Below, one piece after another: positions 29,431 through 39,459 of a DNA stretch of 64,000 nucleotides. The notes under the pieces were generated by a model. It worked only from the letters and a program-made list of their open reading frames with translations, did not search any database and was not told the DNA's origin. The stretch's first letter is position 1, and the number at the start of each line of letters is the position of its first letter. The position numbers and the translations under genes are program-made. The stretch lies in NCBI GenBank assembly GCA_002448235.1, contig DIXF01000012.1:34608-98607 (forward strand). Direction: 5' to 3'. The stretch is from Syntrophaceae bacterium UBA6087 (GTDB lineage Bacteria > Desulfobacterota > Desulfomonilia > UBA1062).

Positions 29431-30624
29431 CTAGGATATGTGTCGTTCTGTCCTTATCCATTTCTTTTCTCGATAAAGTCCTGTGAAGCTCAGGATATCA
29501 ATAATAGCTTTCCATGCTAAAAAGAAAGGCGCGTGAAGTATTGCAACAAACGATTTTTTATATGATTTTGTTAAGCATATCCCAATCAAGAATAATGCGA
29601 ACTGCCCTATTAAAAGGATAGAACTAACTATTAAAAGTACACTCTTCACATATGATCTACGGAGAAATAGTGACAGCAATAATGCAAGGAAAGTTAGATT
29701 GATTTGAAGAGAGTAATTTGGAAAAATCAAAGGCAGTGAAGCATCCAGGGTAATAAAATCACGTCTTTTAAGCCCATCCCAGAAAAGCTTTAACCCATAA
29801 TTCTTCAGAACTAAGAACCTCCCACTCGACCAACGCAGTCTTTGGGTGGTAGCCTGCTTCAATGAACGGGATTCCTGGTGAAATACCTTTGCGTTAATTG
29901 CAAAACTTATTATTATCCTATCTGCAATCAATTGAGTATAATACTCCCAGTCCTCACCAACAGTAAAGGCTGTCCAATTCTTACTTTCTAGCAATTTAGT
30001 TGTAAAACAAATACCATTTCCCATTAAATATGAAGAAAGTCCTAATTTGTACTTTGAATGATGATAAAGTGCATTACCAATAGTTCTTGAAACATAAAGT
30101 AATTGAGTAAACCAGCTGTCATTACTATTCCCTACAGCATTATGGCACTGGATTGCCAATTCACCCTGGTTAATCTTTTGGTTCAGTTCTTTAATAATCA
30201 ATGGGTCAACTACATTATCCGCATCTAGAATAAGGACAGCATCAAAATTGCTAAGCGAGATTTGTCTAAGTGCCCATTCAATGGCATATCCCTTACCTGT
30301 ATGAATTCTATCCTTGCGTTCAAGAACTTGTATGGGAAAAAATCTGGATATTTTGGCAGTATTATCTGTACAGTTATCTGCTACAATGTATATTTGAAAA
30401 TGCCCTTGGGGATAATCAATTTTCAAGAGGCTATCGCATAAGCGTGCAATGAGAAGCTCTTCATTATGAGCTGGCACTAGTAAAGCGAATCTGTTTAACA
30501 CACCTGATTTATTACTCTTAGGTTCCGGAACAACGAAATATGCAATAGCCAATACTAACAGATATACGGTTGCCAACAGTAAATATATTATTAAGGAGAC
30601 AAGAAATAGGTACAACAATAGCAT
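29431..30624 (-). CDS. membrane-embedded glycosyltransferase family 2 with QxxRW motif (synthase-like)
   Basis: LLVPAHNEE, VADNCTDNT, ILDADNV and TQRLRWSSG motifs, an N-terminal TM helix and several C-terminal TM helices. Confidence 0.78.
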   Translation of the reverse strand: MLLLYLFLVSLIIYLLLATVYLLVLAIAYFVVPEPKSNKSGVLNRFALLVPAHNEELLIARLCDSLLKIDYPQGHFQIYIVADNCTDNTAKISRFFPIQVLERKDRIHTGKGYAIEWALRQISLSNFDAVLILDADNVVDPLIIKELNQKINQGELAIQCHNAVGNSNDSWFTQLLYVSRTIGNALYHHSKYKLGLSSYLMGNGICFTTKLLESKNWTAFTVGEDWEYYTQLIADRIIISFAINAKVFHQESRSLKQATTQRLRWSSGRFLVLKNYGLKLFWDGLKRRDFITLDASLPLIFPNYSLQINLTFLALLLSLFLRRSYVKSVLLIVSSILLIGQFALFLIGICLTKSYKKSFVAILHAPFFLAWKAIIDILSFTGLYREKKWIRTERHIS

Positions 30625-30650
30625 AGGGATCCACCTCTTAGATAAATTTA

Positions 30651-31790
30651 TTATAACTGCGAATATTCCTTTTCAATCTTTTTGCACCACTCATCTATGT
30701 TAAAACTCTTCTCTATTGTTTTATATGCTTCTATTATTAGCCTATCTTTTAAAGAAGGATCATTCTTTATCAATAAAATCGCTTCACTGATTTCTTTATA
30801 ATCACAGGGCGTTACTAACAATCCATTGATCCCATGTTTTATTACCTTGGGAACCCCACCTACTGCAGTAGCGACTATAGGGATTTTCATAGACATCGCT
30901 TCAAGGAGGGCCATAGGGGTCCCCTCTGTTAAGGAAGGCAGGACGAAAACATCGAGAGCTGGTAGATAATCTTCAATGTTAGCTTGAAAGCCAGTAAATA
31001 TAATTTCTTGTTCTAGACCCTTTTCTCGTACCATATTCTCCAAATATTTCTTTCTAGGACCATCACCGATAATCATGATCTTAAAAGACTTTATGCGTTC
31101 CTTAAGTACTGACCCTGCTTCGATCAAGAATTGTACGCCTTTTTCCTCACTCAACCTACCTACGTAACCCATAACGAACTCATCCTTTATAGATAGTAGT
31201 CTACGTTTATTATCCCTCAGCGCAGTAGACGTTCCTTCATTATATGCAATCTTTACAGCATTTTGAATCACAATAATCTTTGATTCAGCTATCCCGCTTT
31301 TTACCAATTCATTTTGGATCTCGTGGGATACAGTAATGATCCTCTTACAGAATCGAATCATAAATTTATCCAGATTGTTATATAACTTAAGATTTCTATC
31401 ATTGGATATGTATCCATGACATGTACATATTTGAGGGATTTTTAAAATCCTGCAAATTGGCACACAAATGATATCAGCCATATAGCCATGGGTGTGTACA
31501 AGGTCGAATTTTCCCATTGAAAGGATTCGGTACATATGCATAAAACATCTTGTTAATCGATGGAAATCTTTCCCTTTGCTCCGTGGTCTGAGAGCTACAG
31601 GGATTTCAGAGATGGAGTAATCTGCATCTTTGATAAGCCTCATAGTAAGATTATCATCCTCCCATGGACGAACAAAGAGGATTGGATTTATCGCAAACAG
31701 CTGCCTATCAACGTTTTTTAAAAATTGAAGGTTTACCCTTTCTGCACCACCAAATTCAATTGGTGTGAATATATAGGCAATTTTTATCAT
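30651..31790 (-). CDS. glycosyltransferase family 4
   Basis: LPSLTEGTPMALLEAMSMKIPIVATAVGGVPKVIKHGINGLLV motif. Confidence 0.85.
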   Translation of the reverse strand: MIKIAYIFTPIEFGGAERVNLQFLKNVDRQLFAINPILFVRPWEDDNLTMRLIKDADYSISEIPVALRPRSKGKDFHRLTRCFMHMYRILSMGKFDLVHTHGYMADIICVPICRILKIPQICTCHGYISNDRNLKLYNNLDKFMIRFCKRIITVSHEIQNELVKSGIAESKIIVIQNAVKIAYNEGTSTALRDNKRRLLSIKDEFVMGYVGRLSEEKGVQFLIEAGSVLKERIKSFKIMIIGDGPRKKYLENMVREKGLEQEIIFTGFQANIEDYLPALDVFVLPSLTEGTPMALLEAMSMKIPIVATAVGGVPKVIKHGINGLLVTPCDYKEISEAILLIKNDPSLKDRLIIEAYKTIEKSFNIDEWCKKIEKEYSQL

Positions 31791-31793
31791 TTT

Positions 31794-32420
31794 CTAGATT
31801 TTCATTCTCCTATTGAACGGACCTAATGATTTTATAGTAGCAACTCTCTTAAAACCTGCTTTTTCAATTGACTTGATTGCAGGATAATTGAATTCGTTGA
31901 TAACGCCTACTGCTTTTCTGAACCCTTGTTTTTGAAGATCGAGAGAGATATAAGCCATCATTTTAGCCATAAGCTGGTCGCCTCTAAACTTAGCGAGAGT
32001 AGTATTGTAATTCAATTCAGCCACTCCATCGGTAAGGACCAGGAATCTGTTGAAATCCCCTTTAAACAATACCCAATATATCTTGGCCAACTCGTTACTC
32101 TTAAGCACAAGGTAAAATGTCCTTAATTTATATATCTGATCGTAGTAGAATTCTCTTGGCAAATTCATCCCATGCCTGATTCTATTTAGCTTTTCCAGAC
32201 TAGGCCTTTCTATTCTATAGTATTCATCTAGGTTATGCGGAGGCAGTGCTCTAGTAAGATCATTTTCATAAACATAAAATGTATTTATTCGAATGAAACT
32301 ATAATAGATTAATTTCAATATGCTTAAATGGTTTTTACCATAGTGGTGGTAGGCTGTTTTTTGAAAATTACATATTGTAATCAGCATCTTTCTCAGCACC
32401 ATATTAATATTACTAATCAT
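31794..32420 (-). CDS. GNAT-like acetyltransferase (small)
   Basis: RGDQLMAKMMAYISLDLQKQGFRKAVGVINEFNYPAIKSIEKAGFKRV is a GNAT C-terminal pattern. Counterpart of 56127-56768. Confidence 0.55.
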   Translation of the reverse strand: MISNINMVLRKMLITICNFQKTAYHHYGKNHLSILKLIYYSFIRINTFYVYENDLTRALPPHNLDEYYRIERPSLEKLNRIRHGMNLPREFYYDQIYKLRTFYLVLKSNELAKIYWVLFKGDFNRFLVLTDGVAELNYNTTLAKFRGDQLMAKMMAYISLDLQKQGFRKAVGVINEFNYPAIKSIEKAGFKRVATIKSLGPFNRRMKI

Positions 32421-32453
32421 TGGTATTAACTTCTCCTGTAATTAAAGTGTTCT

Positions 32454-33797
32454 TTAAACAGTCGTTCTAGTACTTGAAGGAGCCATAACATCCATTGCCA
32501 ATAAAATGTTTAATACGGTTGTAAGAGCAAAAAACAGGGTAAAAAGTATTGAATATCCTTGGGATAGAAACAAAGCAGTGACAAGATGACCGATAAAAGC
32601 TATTAGAGTAACTGATGCTATCATCTTGATTTCTTTTGCATTAATAATGTTATTATCAATTTTTCGGATCATTTTAAAGACTTTGAACGATTCTTTTATC
32701 ATGAGTATAAAAATCACAAAGGCTATCAACCCCAGTTCCGAGGCAATTTCTAAGTAAGAGTTATGAATAGCTTGCCACCTTTCTTGTCCGCTCATCTGTT
32801 TTCTGTTAAGACCAATAGCAGCTGGGAAACACTGGGCCCCTATACCGGTGAATGGCCTTTTAATAGCAAATTCCACACCCTTTCCCCATAATTTTAGACG
32901 CCCTTCTTCATCTGTAATATTATAATCTTTTCCGATATTCATTAGAGATGAGATACGTTCATTAAATATCATTTCTTTGTTAGCGATAGTAATAAACAGG
33001 ATGCTGATGCATAAGATAAATTTAATCGGTCTCGTAAAAGGGCTTAGTTTTGTTACGAAGAAAAGCCCAAGGATTATGATAAGGCCAATGAACCCACCTC
33101 TCGAACCGGTTGATAAAATTAACTTTATAGAAATGCCTATGGTGAGCATGGCCATAATTTTAAAAGCAGTATTTCCTCTCTCCAAAATAAATATTACTGA
33201 AAATGGCATTAACGATACAAATACATATGCCAAATCGTTTGGATCGAACATTTCACCAAAGCTATATCGACCCGCTTCAATTCCTCCTAATGACTGACTT
33301 GCCATTCCGAAAAAGAGAACTGAGAAAACTAGAGTAAAAAGTAATGCTCTCAATCTCTTATATGAATTGACATGAAGTATGAATAGCCCCATGTAAAGTA
33401 TGTTGATACTATATTGGAATACCGCAAATTCAAATGCCCCTCTTCTGTATATTGCAAATGGTATGCCGAGCAGCATAAGCCCATAGAGATATACATATTT
33501 CCTGCTTATAGATTGTTTTAACTGAATCGTTATTGGATTCATCCCTTGGGCACATACTAGTATAAGATTAATTAGTGAAAAAAATAATACAGGCCTGAAT
33601 AATTGAATTGACGGATAAACATCCTGTGGTCTTGCTATTAAAATAAATGTCACCAAAAGAAAAGCGTAAAAAGAGAGCGTATATGTAGACACATAGCTTT
33701 TCTCTTTGAGTGATGTGTTGGTTTTATTAAACAATATAATATTATCCATTCTATTTATTGCACAATCATTCAAACCTATTCTTGATACACGCTTCAT
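32454..33797 (-). CDS. O-antigen ligase/polymerase (Wzy-like) family membrane protein
   Basis: About 10-12 TM segments with a large loop containing SRGGFIGLIIILGLF, typical of the O-antigen-ligase domain. The start codon is uncertain. Confidence 0.72.
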   Translation of the reverse strand: MKRVSRIGLNDCAINRMDNIILFNKTNTSLKEKSYVSTYTLSFYAFLLVTFILIARPQDVYPSIQLFRPVLFFSLINLILVCAQGMNPITIQLKQSISRKYVYLYGLMLLGIPFAIYRRGAFEFAVFQYSINILYMGLFILHVNSYKRLRALLFTLVFSVLFFGMASQSLGGIEAGRYSFGEMFDPNDLAYVFVSLMPFSVIFILERGNTAFKIMAMLTIGISIKLILSTGSRGGFIGLIIILGLFFVTKLSPFTRPIKFILCISILFITIANKEMIFNERISSLMNIGKDYNITDEEGRLKLWGKGVEFAIKRPFTGIGAQCFPAAIGLNRKQMSGQERWQAIHNSYLEIASELGLIAFVIFILMIKESFKVFKMIRKIDNNIINAKEIKMIASVTLIAFIGHLVTALFLSQGYSILFTLFFALTTVLNILLAMDVMAPSSTRTTV

Positions 33798-33876
33798 AAA
33801 ATGTGCATTTGAACTTTGAAAACTGTGTGAAGTTTATAGCGGGCATAAAATTAAGAAATGCAAACTATAATTTTGA

Positions 33877-35319
33877 TTATTTCCTAAAAATAAATTTCAT
33901 ATCCAAAAGAAAATCTTTTTTAAACATAAAAACCAGAAGAGTGTAAATGATAACACCCACTAAGACTACTAAGATCAATAATAAAGATGGATCGGTATAA
34001 GCCGCTAACAACTTTTTTATAATACCAATAGACAAAGCCATAGTAAGGCTGGCTAATACCGGAAATTTGAACTTTGCAAGCAGATCCAACAATCCCAATT
34101 GTATACTGTTAAGCGACCTTTGACTAATGACAAAAAATGTAATAGGGAAAAAATATATCCATGTAATACATACACCTATCAATCCGAATCTTACACCGAG
34201 CAATATTGCCAGCGTCATTATCAAGGCCTCAATAATGCTATTGACAAATACTACTTCTTGTCGCCCTATGGCGTTTAACACCGAAGGATAGATAGGACTG
34301 ATAGACAAGAGTGGTATAATAATGCATAAGTATTGAAAGGGTATCGTTGCTTTTATCCAATTTGGCCCAAGGATAAGAGGTATTGCTTCGTTAGCTATGC
34401 TGGCCATACCCCAGAACAGAGGGAAAGCAACAAAGGAAATTGCCTCAATTGTCATCAACAAACTTGATCTAATTCTTTCAGCGTTATCTTGTATCTTAGA
34501 ATAGGTACTAAATGATAGTTGAGTAACAATCGGAATGATCTTTTCTTTTGGTATGAGAGCAAGATTAAAAGAAACGGAATATAAACCAAGCAGGTCCTTT
34601 CCGAGAACTCTTCCAACAATTATTTTGTCCGCTTGATTGAAGATATAGGTAAACACATTAGTCCCTGTTATTGTTAATCCATATTTAATTAGATGCTTGC
34701 ACTCTTTGAAGCGAAAGCTCGGTATATACCACCTTTGGAAAGCGAGATTAAAATGAATTGATCTTGTGATATGAAGGCAGATCTCTGCTATTGCTAGCGA
34801 CCATACTCCCATAGAATTAAACGCGCAAACTGGTGCCACAATGGAAGCTACCAATCTGCTTGAAATTTCAACCTTTGTTTTTGTGCGAAAATCCATTTCA
34901 CGGAAAAACATTGCATCTGGGATTACATAAAAAATCATTAAGATAAGGTTAATACTTAGCAATTGAAGAAGAGAAATGAGTTTTATTTCATGAAAGAAAG
35001 ATGCAATGAGTGGTGCAGTTAGGTTTATAATTACAAATGAGCTAAGGAAAACCACGATAATGAAGCCCAAAAGTCCCCTGATTTGGGTGTCATTAAGATT
35101 CTTGTCTTGAACTAATGCCATACCGAATCCCCATGAACTCAGCATCTGAATAAAAAATATTATAGGTAAAGCCATTGCCATCAACCCATAATCTGACGGG
35201 GTCAGCAATCGGATAACAATTATAGTGGATACCCACGATATTGCCTGAATGAATATTGTACCGGTGCTCAACCAAAGAAATGCATTGATCACCCTTTTCC
35301 GAAGAGGATGCTCTTTCAT
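33877..35319 (-). CDS. Wzx-type flippase (MOP/polysaccharide biosynthesis protein)
   Basis: 480 aa, polytopic, with an N-terminal pattern (FLWLSTGTIFIQAISWVSTIIVIRLLTPSDYGLMAMA) typical of oligosaccharide flippases. Confidence 0.8.
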   Translation of the reverse strand: MKEHPLRKRVINAFLWLSTGTIFIQAISWVSTIIVIRLLTPSDYGLMAMALPIIFFIQMLSSWGFGMALVQDKNLNDTQIRGLLGFIIVVFLSSFVIINLTAPLIASFFHEIKLISLLQLLSINLILMIFYVIPDAMFFREMDFRTKTKVEISSRLVASIVAPVCAFNSMGVWSLAIAEICLHITRSIHFNLAFQRWYIPSFRFKECKHLIKYGLTITGTNVFTYIFNQADKIIVGRVLGKDLLGLYSVSFNLALIPKEKIIPIVTQLSFSTYSKIQDNAERIRSSLLMTIEAISFVAFPLFWGMASIANEAIPLILGPNWIKATIPFQYLCIIIPLLSISPIYPSVLNAIGRQEVVFVNSIIEALIMTLAILLGVRFGLIGVCITWIYFFPITFFVISQRSLNSIQLGLLDLLAKFKFPVLASLTMALSIGIIKKLLAAYTDPSLLLILVVLVGVIIYTLLVFMFKKDFLLDMKFIFRK

Positions 35320-35425
35320 ATTACAGAACCTATCGGTTCATCTCTTTATAGAATATGCACAATTTAGTTAAATCAGGTTTAGATGAAGATATCATGACAT
35401 AAATATTATACAATGATCTCCTACT

Positions 35426-36094
35426 TTATTGTTTACCCTTTGTTTTATGAGGCTTTCTGATGGGAATATCGCCAATTTTTTCAAGAATATATTTTCTCCT
35501 GATTTCATAAGGGAGCGAATCGAAAATCGGGAAAGAACACTCATTGTTGGTAAGGGTATTTTTGCTCGTCATTTTTAATTTTTTATATATACTTGTTTTA
35601 AATATTATTTTTGCAGGATTTCCCATTATAATGGAGTCTGCAGGAAAGCTATCAGCAACAACAGCACCAGCACAAATTATTGAATTGTCGCCTATCTCGA
35701 CGTTGGGTAGTATGATTGCACCAAACCCGATAAAACAGTTATTTCCTATTTTTATTTTTCCATAATTCCCTATTATATTTGGATACTCTTTTCTGAAGAT
35801 GTTGACTCCTCCATCATGGGTGATAAATTGCACGTTTCCTGAAACCAATACATTGTTGCCAAGTTTAATTAAAAAAGGTTCTGGACCGAAATCTGCCGAA
35901 TAAATACGACAGTCTTCGCCTATATCAACGCCACAATCCCTGGCATACTCTACTCCTGCCGCAGGGCCATCAATCCTTGCTAATTTCCTAATAGATAGCT
36001 TTCTACGTAGCTTTTGTAGTTTAGATTTCGGAATAAACAATAAAACAAATAGCGCAATATCAATGATAGTGTTTTTAATAATATTTTTTGTCAT
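35426..36094 (-). CDS. hexapeptide-repeat (LbH) acyl/acetyltransferase
   Basis: IGNNCFIGFGAIILPNVEIGDNSIICAGAVVADSFPADSIIMGNPAKI left-handed beta-helix repeats and an N-terminal TM helix. Confidence 0.8.
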   Translation of the reverse strand: MTKNIIKNTIIDIALFVLLFIPKSKLQKLRRKLSIRKLARIDGPAAGVEYARDCGVDIGEDCRIYSADFGPEPFLIKLGNNVLVSGNVQFITHDGGVNIFRKEYPNIIGNYGKIKIGNNCFIGFGAIILPNVEIGDNSIICAGAVVADSFPADSIIMGNPAKIIFKTSIYKKLKMTSKNTLTNNECSFPIFDSLPYEIRRKYILEKIGDIPIRKPHKTKGKQ

Positions 36095-36223
36095 ATTTAA
36101 ACCTTAGCAATATCTACTTCTTATAATATACAATGTAACCTTTCATCACCAATTATTTCAGAGATTGCTTAGTATCCATTTATCAAGGCTCTAGATAAAA
36201 GGACTCATTTTTATTGCAATCAA

Positions 36224-36784
36224 TCATAAAATAAAACCAATAGTATCTCCGATTGACTGAATTATCTCTTTGCGCTTACTATCATCAAGGTTCTGAATAA
36301 AGTATTTCTCTGTAAAATCATTTTTCCCATCCCGTAAGACCTCTATCTTTTGAATATAATTGTCCAGTGTAGAAATTACACGAGCTGGATTTCCTGCAGC
36401 TACTGTATGAGAGGGAACATCATGAGTAACTATTGACCCGGCACCTATGATTGAGTATGGCCCTATGGTTACACCGGGCAAAACAATAACGGAATCTCCC
36501 AGGAAGCAGTTTTCTTTAATAATAATCCTTCCGATCTTCGTGTATCCTAGAATCTTTTTTGTACTTGCATCATGCGCAATTAAGCGAACATTAGGACATA
36601 TCGTGCAGTTATCACCAATAGATATAAGGAAGCAATGAGGAGGATCAAAGAAGAATGAGCTGACAATATCGACATTATTACCTAATTCAAGCCCAGTATT
36701 TACCAAGCTCCGGATGAAACTCTCCTTCTTTTTATTCAAAAGAACGTAATATAAAGATCTCATTTTATCAAAAATAGGTTTCAT
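36224..36784 (-). CDS. hexapeptide-repeat (LbH) acetyltransferase
   Basis: IKENCFLGDSVIVLPGVTIGPYSIIGAGSIVTHDVPSHTVAAGNPARVI. Confidence 0.8.
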   Translation of the reverse strand: MKPIFDKMRSLYYVLLNKKKESFIRSLVNTGLELGNNVDIVSSFFFDPPHCFLISIGDNCTICPNVRLIAHDASTKKILGYTKIGRIIIKENCFLGDSVIVLPGVTIGPYSIIGAGSIVTHDVPSHTVAAGNPARVISTLDNYIQKIEVLRDGKNDFTEKYFIQNLDDSKRKEIIQSIGDTIGFIL

Positions 36785-36796
36785 CTGAATTTTTTT

Positions 36797-37963
36797 CTAT
36801 ATTTCATTGACCGATTCATATTTCGATCGGCTCGACTTCCAGGTCGTGAAATCCTCACCTCTTATATAGGTAATCCATCCTTTGAGGATTGCTGCGTTAA
36901 CTATTACAAAAGTTCGGCAGGCAGACCTCAGGCTTTCAAAAGGCCCGGGCGTAGATCCCCCCCTGAAAGCCGCAATGATATAGAATATTGCCTGCATTGC
37001 AATGAAGCACTTATACAACCATTTCCCCTTGGCCAGTATTAGATTGGCAAGAAAAACGACAGTCAGGAACAAGGGGACAAGAAACTTGGCGAGCTTATGC
37101 GAAAAAAGCTCGTAGGAAAACAGCTTATAAACAAAAATATTCAGTAAATCTTTGTTATTAAAGATAGCTCGTAGTGTACGATTTGTTATCCTCACCTGCC
37201 TTGAGAATTCACCTTTGAAATCTTTAGCTGTTTCCTCAGAACACCAAGCGTTTTCCTCCAGTACGGTCCGGTATCCCTTCCTCACCACCATCAAAGGAAT
37301 AACAAAATCATTGATATCTGTAGCCTTCAATGGCTGGTAAAGTTCCTTTCTGATAGCAAAGATGGCCCCGTCAGCACCGACGCACGACCCGATCTTGCTT
37401 TCCAGACTCTTTGTTATTCTCTCTACTTGTGTATAGTGGCTGACAGACTCGTCGATGTTGTTATCTGCACTAGAAATGTATCTTGTATAACCGGTTACAC
37501 AACCTACTGTATTGTCAGCAAAATTTGCAACTATTTCACGTATTGCATTCTTTTCATACACCGAGTTGGCATCCGAGAATATAATTATCTCCCCTTTTGC
37601 TACCGGAACCGCCCTGTTCAAACAAGAGGTCTTGCCTAACCTACCCTCTACCCTTAAAGTCTTGACGCCTGAAGGTGAGTAATTACCAGCAATTTCCTCG
37701 GTCCTATCCGAGGATCCATCCGATAGAACTATGATCTCCAGATGTTTGCTAGGATAATCCAGCGCTAGCGAGTTATCAAGCTTATCCGCGATCACATTTT
37801 CTTCGTTATAGGCTGAAATGATTAAAGAGACAGACGGGGTGAAATGCTCTTTTCTTACTGGACTACCAAAAAAGCAAGAAAGGATCTTTAGTAGCAAAGG
37901 ATAGCCTGCATAGGCATAGAATATATAAAATCCTGATGACCAGAATAAGGCATGTGTAATCAT
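36797..37963 (-). CDS. glycosyltransferase family 2 (membrane-associated)
   Basis: SLIISAYNEENVI, VLSDGSSDRT and IFSDANSV motifs with flanking TM helices. Confidence 0.8.
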   Translation of the reverse strand: MITHALFWSSGFYIFYAYAGYPLLLKILSCFFGSPVRKEHFTPSVSLIISAYNEENVIADKLDNSLALDYPSKHLEIIVLSDGSSDRTEEIAGNYSPSGVKTLRVEGRLGKTSCLNRAVPVAKGEIIIFSDANSVYEKNAIREIVANFADNTVGCVTGYTRYISSADNNIDESVSHYTQVERITKSLESKIGSCVGADGAIFAIRKELYQPLKATDINDFVIPLMVVRKGYRTVLEENAWCSEETAKDFKGEFSRQVRITNRTLRAIFNNKDLLNIFVYKLFSYELFSHKLAKFLVPLFLTVVFLANLILAKGKWLYKCFIAMQAIFYIIAAFRGGSTPGPFESLRSACRTFVIVNAAILKGWITYIRGEDFTTWKSSRSKYESVNEI

Positions 37964-37973
37964 ATTGACATCT

Positions 37974-38612
37974 TTACCTCAATTTAACATTGATATAACT
38001 TGTTAAAACTGGATGAATATCTCTTAAAAAAGCATTCAAGACATTCGTGGTTTCTTCCTCGCTTTGGTTGACGGGGGCCATAATCCTTACAAACGAGGCA
38101 TTTGCCCTCTGTAACCTTATCCGCTTTGCAAGCACCCTCAGACGGATATCTTTTTGGCTGAGCGTTATGTGTCCACTTACATCGTAATAGTACAGTACGA
38201 CATTCATTTTCCCGTTGAGTTCAGAAACTAACTTGCCGATCTCATATTCCTTATCAAGCATCACCTTTAGTGTTCCCATCTCTTTAACAGTGTTACCGAC
38301 TCCTCCAAGGCATTCTTCCGGGGCATGAAAGGCACTTAAATGAGTATCGTCAGACCATACAACAGATAGATTGACCAAATTTGGATATGTAGATGAATAA
38401 TAATTTCTGAGAAAAACATACCTGGTCCCGAGTGCTTGATACACATATTCGGTCATAGGTATATCTTGGCCGTGCCATTGACCAATGACTATTGGGAACT
38501 CAAAAAGCCGTTCGTTCTTCAATGGCTCCATGGTCTTGACCGTGTGCACGATACCGGCAGCTATGACTGTGACGATAATTACAATCAAGAAATTATGATT
38601 TTTTATCTTCAT
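37974..38612 (-). CDS. epsI: exosortase-associated EpsI-family protein
   Basis: N-terminal anchor, FPIVIGQWHGQDIP and FHAPEECLGGVG motifs characteristic of EpsI. Overlaps the exosortase gene by 20 nt. Confidence 0.78.
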   Translation of the reverse strand: MKIKNHNFLIVIIVTVIAAGIVHTVKTMEPLKNERLFEFPIVIGQWHGQDIPMTEYVYQALGTRYVFLRNYYSSTYPNLVNLSVVWSDDTHLSAFHAPEECLGGVGNTVKEMGTLKVMLDKEYEIGKLVSELNGKMNVVLYYYDVSGHITLSQKDIRLRVLAKRIRLQRANASFVRIMAPVNQSEEETTNVLNAFLRDIHPVLTSYINVKLR

Positions 38613-39459
38613 GCATGAACCTGTTTACCACTATCATAAGGATGAATCCTATCACGAAGACAACGAGCCCTGAACCGTCATGGAGGTAACTTTCAGGCGA
38701 CGCCGCCGCCTGTCCGTATTTGTGCGCTATCAGGAGGAGTATTGCTATTCTGACACCGTTGAGTGCGATTGCAACCGGAGGTATCGCTGCCAGAAACAGG
38801 GATTTTTTCCAGAACGACGCCCTGGTCATGGTGACGAACAATGCGCCTAGCGCCAGAAAGGAAATGATCGAGCGCATGCCGTTGCAAGGTGCCCCTACGA
38901 TATATGTCGAATGAATAAGAACAATCCTGAATCCTTCCTGAATATAGGGGATTCCGATAACATCCATAATTTTTAAAGCAATCGTGGTGGAAATCGATTT
39001 TGAAGGCAGAGCTATGAGATTAATAAAATTATCAGGCACAGGGCACATGAAAACGAGATAAGAAAGGGGAAAGGCAATTATTCTGGTCACTGCGGATCCA
39101 AGCAGGTAGAGCGAGCAGCCGGCAAGAAAGAGTATCATGGAAAAAGCGGAAATGAAATTTATATAGCCGAGGACGCCAAAGACATGAGCTGAAATGGCAA
39201 GCAAGATGATAAGCAAACCCGAAGAGCTGCTGCTCAAGACTGTATGAGCAAGCTCGTCCCTTTTCAGATAGATAAGATAAGCAGATACGAAAGGTATCAG
39301 ATATCCATGCGAAAAATATGATTCGTCTCCGGAATACTTAAAATCCAGCCACTGGAATGTCGGATAGTAGCAGGCAATAAAGACGATTGTCAGAATAAAC
39401 CAAAGCATTACTTGTCTATACCTTGCACACAATATTTCCCTTGCTTCTGCTACTTGCAT
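38593..39459 (-). CDS. exosortase (EpsH/Xrt family)
   Basis: Polytopic, 288 aa, with the conserved Cys (VGAPCNGMRS), Arg (ALNGVRIAILLL) and downstream His (SYLHDGSG) arrangement of exosortases/archaeosortases. Confidence 0.82.
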   Translation of the reverse strand: MQVAEAREILCARYRQVMLWFILTIVFIACYYPTFQWLDFKYSGDESYFSHGYLIPFVSAYLIYLKRDELAHTVLSSSSSGLLIILLAISAHVFGVLGYINFISAFSMILFLAGCSLYLLGSAVTRIIAFPLSYLVFMCPVPDNFINLIALPSKSISTTIALKIMDVIGIPYIQEGFRIVLIHSTYIVGAPCNGMRSIISFLALGALFVTMTRASFWKKSLFLAAIPPVAIALNGVRIAILLLIAHKYGQAAASPESYLHDGSGLVVFVIGFILMIVVNRFMHEDKKS

